64,000 nucleotides of DNA from Mobula birostris (taxonomy: Eukaryota): the NCBI RefSeq assembly GCF_030028105.1, contig NC_092379.1, forward strand, positions 26,281,821 to 26,345,820, read 5' to 3'. Under the pieces are notes generated by a model. The model was not told where the DNA came from. It made no database searches and saw only the letters and a list, made by a program, of their open reading frames with translations. A program made the translations under genes and the position numbers. Below, in pieces: positions 12,521 to 26,121 of this stretch. Positions within the stretch are counted from its first letter, which is position 1; the number at the start of each line of letters is the position of its first letter.

Positions 12521-15500
12521 CCCATTTTGAAATGAGTCCAAGTCCGTTTAGTCTGCAATCCATTAACATGTTACAGGGTGACATTGCAAGAGAATAGAAG
12601 GACAGTGTTCCCACCATCTTCTGAGGTATAGTCGTATTAAATCTGAAATTATATTCGTATTAAAACTGAAATTAAAACAACATCCTAGTATATGAAACAC
12701 CAATTTACAGGTGGGACACGACGGAGTGTAGTGCAGAGTTGGTGATATTATCATTGGACCGATTTAAGAGAAAGGGGAGTTGTAAAGTTTCCAGAGTTGC
12801 TGAAGATGTGATTCAATGCGATCCATAAACTGCCGGTGAAAGTAATTTGCATACAGTGCCACTGGACGTAGTGGTTAAACCAATTTACTGTCGCCATCTC
12901 TGATATCTGTAAGATGGTTGGTGACTCGAATCCGAAAGGGACAGAAGTCTGTTCTAGAAAAAAAAAAAACATATATATAGAAGATATAGAATATCCGGTC
13001 TTACACTCAGCACGGACTTCGAATGTTAACAGACTCCGCAGCTTAGGACCTTCCTTACTTCAGCAGCGTCCAGCAGCACCTAAAGTGAGAATTGGGATTG
13101 ATCCCTTTTTCGCTAAAAACTCGTTCACTACATCCATTAGTATGTAAAATGTTTTAATTGTATCAGGAAGAGAAGCGTAGTGTGGACCTGTAGACCCTGT
13201 CTGAACGTACTGCCTCAAGCAGTTCAGGTCTCGAGTTCAGCAGAAGTGACTGTTTATTCGCTGTGAAGTTTCAGAAACTTGCAGGCTGAAGGATTCCGCT
13301 GGAAGAACACAGATCACGTCCCAACTGTTTAATAGAGAGCGGGTAGATTGTGAAATGGTGGAGCTGATCGTACTCATCTGCTGAAATCTACGCCTGCCTA
13401 CCATCGCCGTAGGACCAATTGAACAAACAAAAGCTTGGCCGATGTTGGTTGAGGACGGACTACACCAATTACTCACCTGAAGTAAAATGAGCGTCCTGGT
13501 CAATTGGTAGGTCGTGGCGAAAGTTTGCATGTTAATATCAGGTGGGCCTGTTGTCTACTTTCTCGAAATTTGATTCAACAGGATTTTTAAACGCCCACTT
13601 TGTATTTTTTCCCATTTCTAAATTAATCCCTTAAGTTTCTTTCAGTTAAAAAAAGGAGACTGCTAATTTCTGTAATACCAATGAGAGTGCAGCCGCTTAC
13701 GTCCATTTATACAGGTACTGACAACGACCAAAACGTTTCCGATGGCCGTTTCAAAGCACATTTTAAATAAGGAAAAACATCCAAATTTGGATGTCTCCAG
13801 TGAACTCAACATGGACACTGCAGATACTACATACAACAATGAACAATACTGCGAGATGTCAGCTGCTGTTGTTGAAGAACGGTTCATTCATTCGCTGCAG
13901 TCGTTCATTGACACAGAACTTCGCAATTCATCTATGCCATTCTCCAAAAATGATCTTAAAATGAATTGAGGTATGGATTATAGCAACTGAATTCTGTTGT
14001 AAGCAGAACGCGAAGGAGAGACTGAAGTAACTTAACCGTCCCTTCACGACACGTCGGCATTTGTAAACTGGTGAATTTGGAATGTGCACCAGTACGTTCC
14101 CTCCCACACGAGAGCCATTTCTTCCGTGCCTATTTTCTCCTTGGGTTCTGTGGCACATTTGATTATTTTTTTCCCATATTTGATCTGCGGAGTATTGGAC
14201 TGTTGTTGAGATTGTACAAGCCTTGCAACAGTCCAGTCAACCACCTAAGTAAGGTGTGAATTAGTGTCAATAAACGAATCTGCTGTCTTAAATGTCCATT
14301 CATCGTTTCAATTAGCACTGGGGATAATAAAGAACATGAAACTTGCAATTCCTGCAGCAGAAGCCCAACGTTCCATGGCTTGCAGCGTGACTTGAGATCC
14401 GTTTTCTAACCGTATTTTTGAATGTCTCATTAAACCAATTAACTTCTGAAATTCCATTCAAATTCTGATCCTAATTAGCGTTGCGCAATGAATTGGCATT
14501 AATAGATTTGAATCTGCAATCAATGGGAAGTAAATACTTAAATCGTCGCTACTGTGACAGGGATCCGATGTAATCTATCTTCCATACCTGTGGTGGACTA
14601 GAACCTCCCTTCTCTCGATTAATCTAGGCAGTCGACTTCACAGCCACTATTCCTTTTTTTTAACATGGTAAAACATACCACATGCAATAATAACTTCTTT
14701 CATCATGTCGACTGGTAGACGTACATTTCTTTGTGATATACACTTCCAAAAGATCGTCCATGTTACGTGCCTCTTGCTTCTTCACACGGAATTTCGGTGT
14801 TTTGACATGACATTCGATAATTCACTGCTCTAGTTAATTATTAAAGAAGATGGATACAGAGTTATCTTTCTGCGAAGCGTTTATATTCAAAACAGTAATC
14901 TTTATTCATTTTGCCTCTTCCCAGACGTTATCCAAAACTGTCTGTTCCTTCGAAAGTTTTCCTTGTTTGCTGCCGCCACCTTGTCATGCACATAACCATT
15001 ATATTCATAACTACACATGACTCTGTGTTGTTGTGTTCCTCACTCGATTCTTGCTGCAATGGTAAGATAAATGCTACCAGTTCATCTCTTTGGCTGTACC
15101 TTCCCTTTCCCTGCTGCTGCATTACTGAACCTCTGAATGGAATCAGTTCGGTGGCTCCCAACCTATGCCCTCCGTTTTCTATGCACTGATACCATACGTA
15201 AATCAGGCGCGAAGTTCACTTGCTGCAGAGAACTGTTCATACGGTAAACCTCGAGTAACAGGGGAGGGAGACACTGGTGTGGGGTTCGGCAGTTTCTGTA
15301 CTGCTCCTATCCATAGGTATGTGAGCAAAACTTTCCATCAATTTGCTGATTCCTTGCGAACCCTTATTTGCCAGTTCTGTGATTTTTCACTTCCATTTCG
15401 TTATACAAGCTTACTCCTCCCTACCCACACTGTCAATATTGAGATTCTCAAACAGCACTCGCGTCAAAATGGGGAGGGGAGGTCTCAGTCTTACTTGAAG

Positions 15501-16779
15501 TCATTTGACCCACTGGATAGCCAAAAACTGCATGTATGACTAGGCCACTGTATTTTTTTTCTGTGTGTATTCGTTACTGAATCGCGGTCTTTCATATGAT
15601 TTATTGACATTTCTAGGGTTTGAGCAGCACCCTCCTAGGTGGATGCTCTTAGCTGAATGCCGTCGATATATTCTACTATCTTTATATCAGACCAGCGAGC
15701 ACATTCTCTGACGTTTCATGCTTTAAGTACATGATATAGTGCAGGGCTATGCATATTTTCCTGGGGCAATCTATTAAAGATGAACCATCTGCTTCACATC
15801 TGCAGGCAATATGATCCTGTGACTCTGGTTACAGGTTAATGAAAATGGATACAAAGCACTATTGTTCTGTCCATGTAACATTCTTTTGCACTGAGGTCAT
15901 TACTTCTGGGACAGCAGCAGTAAACGGAGGAGCAAGAGACGAGGAATTTCAGTAGCAACATTGTAAGGTCAAAATCTGGCAAAACAATTCAATTTAAACT
16001 GTCAAATGTGAAAATCTCCAATTGTGTGCACTGTCCGTCCCTGCAGCACATATGTTCAGATAACGTGACTATCAGTAATCACGGTTTCTTGGGCTGTCCG
16101 AACTGAATAACCAATCAATTGATTGCTTCACGTGGATGTATTATTTTCCCTCGCAAACTGTCCTCACGCATTGAAGGCAATCAGTGTTTCCTCTTGCAAA
16201 CGACCATTCGGCAGCCCTTGTATAATACAGCATGAGCTTGTTGTTTGTTTGCAGCTGTCTGCAACGCCAGATAGGCAACCATGCATTTAACTCTACCGTC
16301 ATTCCATTCCAGTTATGACTATCACGTGGCACAGGGTGAAAATCAGCGATGGCTACATTGGATGGCCTGCTCTTGGGACTCTTTCCTAAATCCCTAGACT
16401 TACAGCGCTGCACATCTTTAGGATTTATGTCTATGTCTTTGGTGTCAACATACGGTTTGCCTCATTGAAAACACCCAATTTCAGTATAATGGAGAGGTCG
16501 ACATTCTTACGGTAATTACAACTGGATACATTGACCTTCTGGATAGATATTTTGGTTTACAGTGCAGGTATTCCACAACTGGTGTGTGCAACGGAACCGA
16601 TAATTAAAGAAAACGCGGTGACATTTGGAAAGTGAATAAAAATACATATGTTAAGGTATCTGCGTAAAAAGAAACTCGATGTAGCCAGTAACGAAGTTAG
16701 AAAGGCAGGCTACAAACGTACTGATCTTGCCTCTGTTACGGACCACTGAATATAAAAGTGGAATGAAATTGTATTTGAA

Positions 16780-17130
16780 TGTGTGACTGATAATTCATGT
16801 TTTGAGCAGTACTTCAGAATTTTGATTCATTGGACATATTTGGAGGAAGGAGGGAAACTGTTGATCTTTTGGAAGGTGTTTGTTTTCTTCACATTTCTCT
16901 GCTGGAAATGAAACAATACGATCTTGAACAGTCTTGGCGATGCATCTTGTACAAAAGGGCAAGGTTACAACTGAACTCGAGTCGGACCAATATCCTTACG
17001 GTCAGATTTATAAAACTGCGGGAGTGGTTAATTTTGGTCCACACTGGAACGGAAATCAGAGTGAAAGAGTAGAGGATGGACAAGTAGTTGTAAAGGTAAA
17101 TGTAGCGAAAAAAAAAGATCCTGTGGAAGG
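16780..17130 (+). mobile_element. Decayed CR1 RT fragment
   Basis: Weak similarity to the AVDVVYLDF and W..GR.QRV.V.G region of the better-preserved CR1 copies in this window. Confidence 0.4.
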
Positions 17131-18329
17131 GTAGGCAGTGGATAGATTATGATTACTCTCAATTCGATGCACTTAATCATGCTCTTTTTTAATTGCGAAA
17201 ACTAAAAAGAACAACCAAATACTCATCTTATATTCCCGATAGTTATTGTTTATTTATTATGCTGTTTTCGTACTTTACGTTGCCGATTATCGTCTTCTTC
17301 ACCCAGGTTGAATTTTATTGATTATTTTGTTGTTAATATTCTATACACTTGTTGTGTAACTACATAGGGAATTGTATCTCAGTATCTTATGTTGTGACAT
17401 AAACGTACTTTGAGAATACTTTTCCTTAAAACTTAAAACTTTGTTTGTTCCATCTCTTTTACGAAGACTTGCATCATCAACAATAAAAGGACATGATGTT
17501 GTAAGACCAATCATTATCTCTGGCAAACACGATTATGACGCCAATCTTTTCCAGCCGTCTACAAAATGTCGGCATTGCATTTTGCTATCGCCGAAAAGCT
17601 CGATTGCGAAACGACATCTCCCTGGATCTATCATCGTGTCTGGACGATCTGGATAATGCAGTCCAGGGCAGCAGACTCCAATTTATGCACTCCTACATGT
17701 TCACTGCCTCCATTTCATTTTCTCTATTTTTGCTTACCGCATTTTTTTTCCTTCTTGTGCATCTTCTTAGTTTGGACCAAACCCGACCTGCAGTTTTCAT
17801 GGTCCAGAATAATCCAGAATTTGCATCCTGGGTATGAAGTATTAATTGTTTTCTTTATCTCACAACCGCCCGCAATAAATATAGTTGATTTTCGTAATTC
17901 TACTGTACCATCTGTTGCTGATGAATAAAAGATAGAGTGGCAAAGACTTTTACCAGTGAGTGGCCAAAGGAGATACCATTTCTCATCAACTGCCCTGCCC
18001 TCTGTGCAAGCCAGGTATCTATTTCACGGGGTGAAACATAGTCGATGTTATTTCAGATGCATGGGTCTGTTGGGTCCGGGACTGGCGTAGAGAAAATCAC
18101 AAGGTTACATTTAAAATTCCAAAGCACGTATACAAACAAACAAGTATGCAGAACGCTATCGTACACTGCAGTGACATTACTTGCAGTAAAAGTTTTCAAA
18201 GGATAACGGAACACAAGAAAAAAACAAAGAACAACACACACACACACACACACACACAAACAAGAACTGAAAAAAAAACACATTCAATGTTATATATAAG
18301 CCAAGGTGTGTAAACAGAAAAAAAAAAAT

Positions 18330-18890
18330 GTAAATAAATGAATAAATAAGAATATCTAGTACATTAACTGTCAGTTATTGAAACAGAGTGTATAGGCCGT
18401 GTAATCAGTTATTTTTCAAGATCAGTGCAGTGGTCCACCTTGGTTCATGAGCCTGATGGTTGAATGGTAGTTATGGTTGAAGGTCAACTCATAAAAGGAA
18501 ACGGCGGAACAGACAAAGTGAGAGAAACAATTTTTAACTGATCGGGGCTCTAGTACAGATCCATATGATGGTGTGAATTGAGAACAAAAAAAAAATCGTC
18601 CTTTAACGTGATTGAATTGGACATTTCCCTTCTTTTTCGATGGAGTACACAAAATGGAGCTGCATTTATTACGGTCATTTCATTTCCTGAAACCATGTCT
18701 GCCTCTTTTGAAATCTGCATTATATATTCTTCTTCACTCTGCACACTCATCTCTTCATACTTCACTATTTTTTTCCAGTTAATCTTGTGCTTTTGCCAAT
18801 GTTTGCCGAACATCACAGTGTATCTGATGGAACACATGAATAGTGTTGTTCCTCAATGCACTCATAAATTGTGAATGCAGAAAAAATGTG
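18330..18890 (-). mobile_element. Rex1/Babar-like LINE 3' fragment
   Basis: ORF 18550-18837 resembles the post-RT region of the element at 50002-50590, and a matching TTCAACCATCAGGCTCATGAACC-type tail is present. Confidence 0.4.
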
Positions 18891-20009
18891 GCATTAAATT
18901 TGAAAAGACGGCGTTCGCTCAGTATTTACAAATAAAAAATATTATTTGTGAAAGGATCACAAGGAAGTCATGCCAGGAAGTACTTAGTTAGATGTTTTAT
19001 AACGTGAACACAGTCAACTGAATCCTATGGCAAGACATTTAAACCGCCCATATTGTTCAAATGCTAAATAAATTACATCAGCTCTAATGCACCCGAAGCG
19101 TCTCATTTTCCTTCTCTAGACATGCAAAGTATTTGCCAATTGATCTACCTTTGTCACGTCCATCGAGTGGCACTGGATACAGTTTGTTTCCATAGCATGC
19201 AGGCAAATAGCTCATTTATAAATCCACCAAGAGGGCATAAAAAAGTCTAATGTATGAATGCTGCACCTGAAGAATTCTCGTACTGGTAATTCTCGTGGCC
19301 GATTCTAATGAGTGCCGAAAGGTAACGACTCTTGAAGCTGGCTGTTCATTTTGTCACGGTTTTCAGTCATCTGACAGATGGGAGTCTGAAGAAGAGCGGA
19401 TTTCCGGCACTGCTGTGTCCCAAAAGCTTTGAATGTATCCCGGAGGCACCAGAATGGCTAGGCTGCTGTAATGTAAGTTTTGGTGCTTTATGTAATGTAC
19501 TTGGCGCCACTCACAACAATTTTTCGCTGCCTTCTGAAGCTTTTATGTATCATGATGGATCCTTTCTAAGGTGTCCTTGAACAAACAAAGTTGAAAAGGT
19601 AGTCGTCAAAATGCTATAATTCCTTAACCTTAAGGGGAGTAGATGTCCTGGCTTTCGAACTTCGCCAAACAGTCCAAGTGACTGAAAAATGAAAGCAGTC
19701 AGCTATCCTTAACCCTCGGATTACTACAGTTTCAATTATTTCATAAAATCAAAAGTGATAAAATAGGAACTGATATATTACCGTGATTTCCACAATCTAA
19801 ATGGTGCTCCAATCATAACACACGCATGAAAATGTACTTCTCAGCTATAAAGCTTGCTGCTTTCCTCAGGGATCGCCCTCCTCGTGATCCGCTTGTCTAT
19901 TCGATCCTCTCTACTGATTTATCTCTTGTTGCTCATCCATACAAACTTAATAAATCCTACACCTGCCGATTTACCTCCGCATCAGTACCACCTAGGAGAC
20001 AAATCAAAT

Positions 20010-21020
20010 AATAGAAACGTAGATACATAGAACATAGGTGCAGGAGTAGGCCATTCGGGTCTTCGAGCCTGCACCGCCATTTATTATGATCATGGCTGAT
20101 CATCCAACTCAGAACCCCGCCCCAGCCTTCCCTCCATACCCCGTGATCCCCGTAGCCACAAGGGCCATATCTAACTCCCTCTTAAATATAGCCAATGAAC
20201 TGGCCTCAACTGTTTCCTGTGGCAGAGAATTCCACAGATTCACCTCTCTCTGTGTCAAGAAGTTTTTTTTTTTCCTAATCTCGGTCCTAAAAGGCTTCCC
20301 CTTTATCCTCAAACCGTGACCCCTTGTTCTGGACTTCCCTAACATCGAGAACAATCTTTCTGCATCTAGCCTGTCCAATCCCTTTAGGATCTTATACGTT
20401 TCAATCAGATCCCCCCTCAATCTTCTAAATTCCAACGAGTACAAGCCCAGTTCATCCAGTCTTTCTTCATATGAAAGTCCTGCCATCCCAGGAATCAATC
20501 TGGTGAACCTTCTTTGTACTCCCTCTATGGCAAGGATGTCTTTCCTTAGATTAGGGGGCCAAAACTGCACACAATACTCCAGGTGTGGTCTCACCAAGAC
20601 CTTGTACAACTGCAGTAGTACCTCCCTGCTCCTGTACTCGAATCCTCTCGCTATAAATGCCAGCATACCATTCGTCTTTTTCACCGCCTGCTGTACCTGC
20701 ATGCCCACCTTCAATGACTGGTGTATAATGACACCCAGGTCTCGTTGCACCTCCCCTTTTCCTATTCGGCCACCATTCAGAAAATAATCTGTTTTCCTAT
20801 TTTTGCCACCAAAGTGGATAACTTCACATTTATCCACATTAAATTGCATCTGCCATGAATTTTCCCACTCACCCAACCTATCCAAGTCACTCTGCATCCT
20901 CTTAGCATCCTCCTCACAGCTAACACTGCCACCCAGCTTCGTGTCATCCACAAACTTGGAGATGCTGCATTTAATTTCCTCATCCAAGTCATTAATATAT
21001 ATTGTAAACAACTGCGGTCC
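20010..21020 (-). mobile_element. CR1 LINE, 5'-truncated, with 300-aa open RT C-terminal half (20109-21011)
   Basis: IYINDLD...ISKFVDDTKLGG, FNVDKCEVIHFG, RPHLEYCVQFW, LGLYSLEFRRLRGDLIE; 3' tail at ~20010-20100. Confidence 0.93.
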
Positions 21021-21344
21021 CAGTTATCCTTTCATGTGAGACAACACTTTACCGACAAATATGTCGGGTGATTCCTTACCAGATGTGCGTGAAAAGAGCT
21101 ACTTTGTTGTCAGGGCAGATAGAGATTTAGGAAGTATTTTCCGATTACAGGAAGGTCAATCAGAAAGAAGGATTTATTAGAAAAGACAATTGAGAAGGCA
21201 TCCGTGCAAGCAGACCGACTTTTCGTTGGGAGGACACATTTTACAGTGCGCCAGTGTTCAATATTTATTTCGCCCATCAGGCTCAAGCAATATCATGTTA
21301 GAGTGAGGTAAATTGTCTTTTAAGTAATTCAGGAGTTTATAGGC

Positions 21345-22745
21345 CCGTAGGTCTGACGGCGGTAGTCGGTAAATTATTGGAAGGAGTACTGAGAGATAGG
21401 ATCTACAAGTATTTGGAGAATCATGGACTTATTAGGGAGAGACAACATGGATTTGTGAGTGGTAGTTCATGTTTAACCAATCCATTAGATGTTTTCGAGG
21501 AGTTTATCAGGAAACTGGATAACGGGAAGGCAGTGCATGTTGTCTACATGGACTTCAGTAAGGCCTTTGACAAGGTCCCGCATGGGTGGTTAGTTACGAA
21601 GATTCAGTCGCAAGGTATCGATAGACAGGTAGTAAATTGAATTAGACACTGGCTCACATGGAGAGGTAGTAAATTGAATTAGACATTGGCTCAATGGAAG
21701 AAGCCAGAGAGTGGTAGTGGAGGATTGCTTCTCTGAGTGGAGGCCTGTGACTAGTAGTGTGCCACTATTGCATTTTGTCATTTATATCAATGATCTGGAT
21801 GATAATGTGGTAAATTGGATCAGCACATTTGCTGATGATACAAAGATTGGAGGTGTACTGGACAATGTGCAAGGTTTTCAAAGCTTGCAGAGGGATTTGG
21901 ACCAGCTGGACAAATGGGCTGAAAAATGTAGATGGAGTTTCATACAGACAGGTGCGAGGTATTGCACTCTGGAAGGACAAACCAAAGTAGAATATACAAG
22001 GTTAATAATAGGGCACCGGCGAGTGCAGTAAAACAGAGGGCTCTGGGAATACAGATACAGCATTCCCTAAAAGTGGTGTCACAGGTAGATAGGGTCGTAG
22101 AGAGTGTTTTTGGTACATTGGCCTTCATAAATAAAAGCATTGAGTATAAGAGTTGGAATACTGTGGTGCGGTTGTATCAGGCACTGGTGAGGCCGAACTT
22201 GAAGGATTGCGTGCAGTTTTTGTCACCAAATTACAGGAAGGATATTAGTAAGGTTGAAAGAGTCTAGAGAAGGTTACAAGAATGTTGCAGGGACTTAAGA
22301 AACTGAGTTATAGAGAAAGGTTGACTACGTTAGGTCTTTATTCCCTGGAGCGCAAAAGAATGAAGGGAGATTTGATAGAGGTATATACAATTATAATGAG
22401 TATAGATAGAGTTAATACAAGCAGGCTTTTCCCACTGAGTCGAGGGGAGACAAAAACAGAAGACATGGGGTTAAGGGGGACGGGTTAAGTATAAAGGGAA
22501 CACTGGGGTGAGGATTCTTCGCACAGACAGTTGTGGGTTTATGGAATGAGCTACCAGATGCTGTGTTAAATGTGGGCTCACTTTTAACAATTAAGAAAAA
22601 CTAGGACAGGTACATGGATGAGAGGTGTATGGAGGGATGTGGTCCAGGTGCAGGTCAGTGCGACTAGGCAGGGAGATGGTTCGGCACCGCTAAAAAGAGC
22701 ATAAGGCCTGTTTCTGTGCAGTAATGTTCTATGGTTCCATGGTTC
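21345..22745 (+). mobile_element. CR1 LINE, 5'-truncated, frameshifted RT
   Basis: QHGFVSGSSCLTN, VVYMDFSKAFDKVPH, IYINDLD...FADDTKIGG, LGLYSLERKRMKGDLIEVY. Confidence 0.92.
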
Positions 22746-22779
22746 TAAGTTCCTCAATGTCGGTATTTGTTCATTCCAC

Positions 22780-25700
22780 ATATGTTAGTTCATGGTAGAT
22801 TAGTTAGAAAGGATACGGGACAGTGATTTGTGCTCTGTCTGGAATGGATAGAGGCGCAGTTATCTGTACTCTGTCTGAAATGTGGAACTCTGGAAGACCA
22901 CCTGTGTCACAGATATACACGCGTGCACAATTCCATTAAATTGGAAATTCTGATAGAACATATTCAGAACCTACATCTGCAGTTCAATGAACTTGGACTC
23001 ATATGGGGAAATGAAGAGGTGATGGACATGAGCTAAAAATAGGTTAATAATACCCTGTTTCCAGAAGTCAAATAAATGCTGATTGCCAGGAGAAGAAATG
23101 GAAAGTGCACACCAGTGCAAAGTACACGTGTGGACTCGCCCCTGTATTTTAACTTCAAATACAATTGATGCCGAAAACTTACCAGGGGGGAGACAAAGTA
23201 CAGGACTCTGGTGCCCTGTCTGGTGCTGTGGCTCAGAAGAGCAGCGAGATAAAGAAGAATGCAGCGTTACTGAGAGTCCATAGTTCGCTGAAAGATGTCG
23301 GGTAGGATATCTCGTTGCATATTGGCAAACAATGATATTGTTCGACATGATGAGGAGGTCCTGAAGAGGGAACGTAAGAAGCTTGGTATAAATCCAAGAA
23401 ACAGAACCTCCAGCGTATTAATCTCGGGATTCCTGTCTGTGCCAAATGTCATTGTGTGTAAAACTAGATTCTTTTGGCAGGTGAATGCGTGGTTGAAGAA
23501 CTGATGAAAGGGACAGGAGTTAACACTTATGGATTATTGGGATTTCTTTTGTCAAAGGTATGATCTATATAAATGGGACGGATACAACTGATTCCTAGGG
23601 CATCCTTAGCATTTTGGCTCGGGTACACAACGTGGTGTGAACCTGAATGATAATGCTGAAAATGAGGTAGTTAATTTGCAAACGAAGGTAATGTGTCTTG
23701 AGACCCCAAGACAGGAGGGTTGATGATGGGGAAATATGCAGTCAACAGATTGTGACACAATGTATAAGTGTTAAGAAATTAAGTTCTTTATTTGTCCGAT
23801 ATACAGATTAAAAACGTATAGCAAAGTAATAGATAGGTTTGTATGTTGTTGTAGTCATAACTGAATCAGCACAAAGTATGTTTTTAGCTGGGAGCTTTAT
23901 GTCCAAGCACACACTTTGATTCGAAAAGTCAGGCAGGAACAGAAAAGGATTGGAACTGCTCCGTGGGTAAAAAAAAAAAATAAATAAATGAATAAATAAA
24001 TACATACATAAATAAATAAATGAATAAGTGACATCAAACCATGAGAAAACAGTGACAAGAGCTGGAAAGTGTTGTATCATTACGGATATAGCTATGGAGC
24101 TGCATGCGTAAAAATGCCCTGATGGGAGTTATATGCAGACCCTGAAATAGTAGTAAGGATGTAAGCTACAAAGAACATGCCACGTTGCCAATGTTTAAAT
24201 AGTCATTGGGGATCTCAGTATACCTGTATATTGAGGAAATCAGATTTATTGTTCGATCCCACTATGGGGAAGTTTCTGGGCTGCCTACGATATGATTTTC
24301 TTAGAGAACTTTGTGCTTGAGCCCACTAAGCGATCAGGTATGCTGGATTTAATGCTGTGTTATGATACGGATTTGATTAGCGTGTTTACGGTAAAAGAAT
24401 GAATAGGGGCAAGTGATCGAAACAACCGGTAATTTTGAGAAAGAGAAGGTAAAGCCAGATGTATCATTATAACAATGGAGTAAAGAGGATTATAGAGACA
24501 TGAAGGAAGAGTTGGACAGATTTGAGGGGCAGATTAAGGCGAGAGAGAACACCGGGCTGCTGGAAAAGCGTTGCTTCAGAGTCAAAAGGAAATGTCATAC
24601 ATATTGAAAAAAAAGCATTGCATCTGTTTTCACTGTTGAAGACATTAACAGTATAGTGCAATTTCCTTGCGTTGGAGGAAAGAAAGTATATGAAGTTATC
24701 ATTATAAGGAAGACATCTTTTGGGAAACTGAAAGTTCTGAAGGGAGATTGGTAATATGCAATAGATGTAGTACACCTGGATTTTCTGAAAGTGGTGACTG
24801 AAGGGATGGCGGGGTGATTATTAATGAGATCTCAAGAAGATCTGCATTCTGTCATGGTTCTGGAAGACAGCAACATTGAAAATGTCTCTCTGCTCTCAAA
24901 GAAGGGGCCGAGGCAGAGTAATGGAAATTACAAGCGTGTTAGTCTGCCTTCTGTCCTAAGGAATATATTGGATTTGATTGTTGACGGTGTGGTTTCGTTG
25001 TACCTGGAGGCACATGAAAACATTTGCAGTGGTAGTCATGACTTCCTGATCGGAAAATCTTCACTCACAGCTCTGTTAGGATTCTTTGAATATATAGCAA
25101 GTAAGATAGACAACGGATAACCGCTTGAATTGGTTTGTTTCGAATTTTGAAACGCCTGTGACAAGGTCTCACACCTGACGTTACGAGCCCATAGTATTAC
25201 TGCGCAACTTCTGACATGGATTAAACAATGGCTGACTGATGGGACGAAAGTAGTCAGAGGAAAGGAAGCCTTTGCTGGTTGACTGCCGCTGTCTGGTGGT
25301 CTTCCACATGGGACGGTGTTGGAACCGGTTACTTTTACATTAGTTAATGACTTTGAATGCGGAATATTGTCTTTGCTTGAATGTTTGCAGCCTATACGAA
25401 GATAGATAGTCGGACAAGTTTGAGGAAATAGGCGGGGTACAGAAGGATTTAGGCAGATTAACAGAAAGGCCAGTGAAAGGGCAGATGGAATAAAATGTGG
25501 GAAATCGCAAATAAAAGGTTTGACTATTTTCCAGATGGAGAAACAATACATAGCAACGATTTGGACAAAGCAAATAGGAAATGCTTGTACAAGATTCCAT
25601 AAATGTTAATATCCAGGTTAAGCCTGCGATGAAGAGAACAAATGCGACGTTCACATTCATTTCAATAAGACTGAAATATACAAGCAAGGATGCAATTTTG

Positions 25701-26120
25701 AGACTTTATTAATTACTAATGACGCCTCATGGAGTGATATGAGCAAACGTTGTGCCTCGTATCTTAGAAAGGAAAAGACGTGCTGAAACTGAAAGGGTTC
25801 AAACGGCTTTTTCGAAAATCACTCCGGGTTTGAAAGGCTTGGCATATGAGGACCGTTTATTGATTCCGGGTGTCTAGTCACAGGAAGTCGAAAGAACAAG
25901 GGGTATTTACATTAATATATATGGAATGTTGAAAACCGTGATGGAGTGGGTACGGGGAGGAGGCTGCCCTTGCTGGAAGAATCTATCACCAGAAGAAATC
26001 ACCTCTGAACAAAGGATGTAGTTTCAGAAAGAAGATGAGAAGGAATTTCCTTCGCCAGATAGCGATGACTCTGCTGTAAATCCTAGCCATAGGAAGTCGT
26101 GGAGGCTAAGGCTTTATTCT
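22780..26120 (+). mobile_element. Old near-full-length CR1 (ORF1 zinc finger and SGNH esterase remnants, ORF2 remnants)
   Basis: VLCLKCGTLE...ELGLI (ORF1 N-terminus), NDIVRHDEEVLKRE..KLG...RNRTS.V.ISG (esterase), and degraded RT motifs at ~24760-25900. Confidence 0.7.
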
Positions 26121-26121
26121 A

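Noticed and set aside
12845-12852. Ig octamer ATTTGCAT (also ATGCAAAT at 9512 and ATTTGCAT at 61198)
   Set aside because: No leader or V exon follows, and a few chance 8-mer hits are expected in 64 kb of AT-rich DNA.
13276-13320. LQAE(+1)DSA, reminiscent of Ig V FR3, followed by CACAGAT
   Set aside because: It needs a frameshift, has no YYC, no upstream WYRQ or Cys, and no nonamer at 12 or 23 nt.
13663-16450. Several 60-125 aa ORFs in apparently unique sequence
   Set aside because: They show no recognisable domains, splice structure or internal paralogs; a weak RT-like DFHPV at ~16320-16340 was insufficient for a call.
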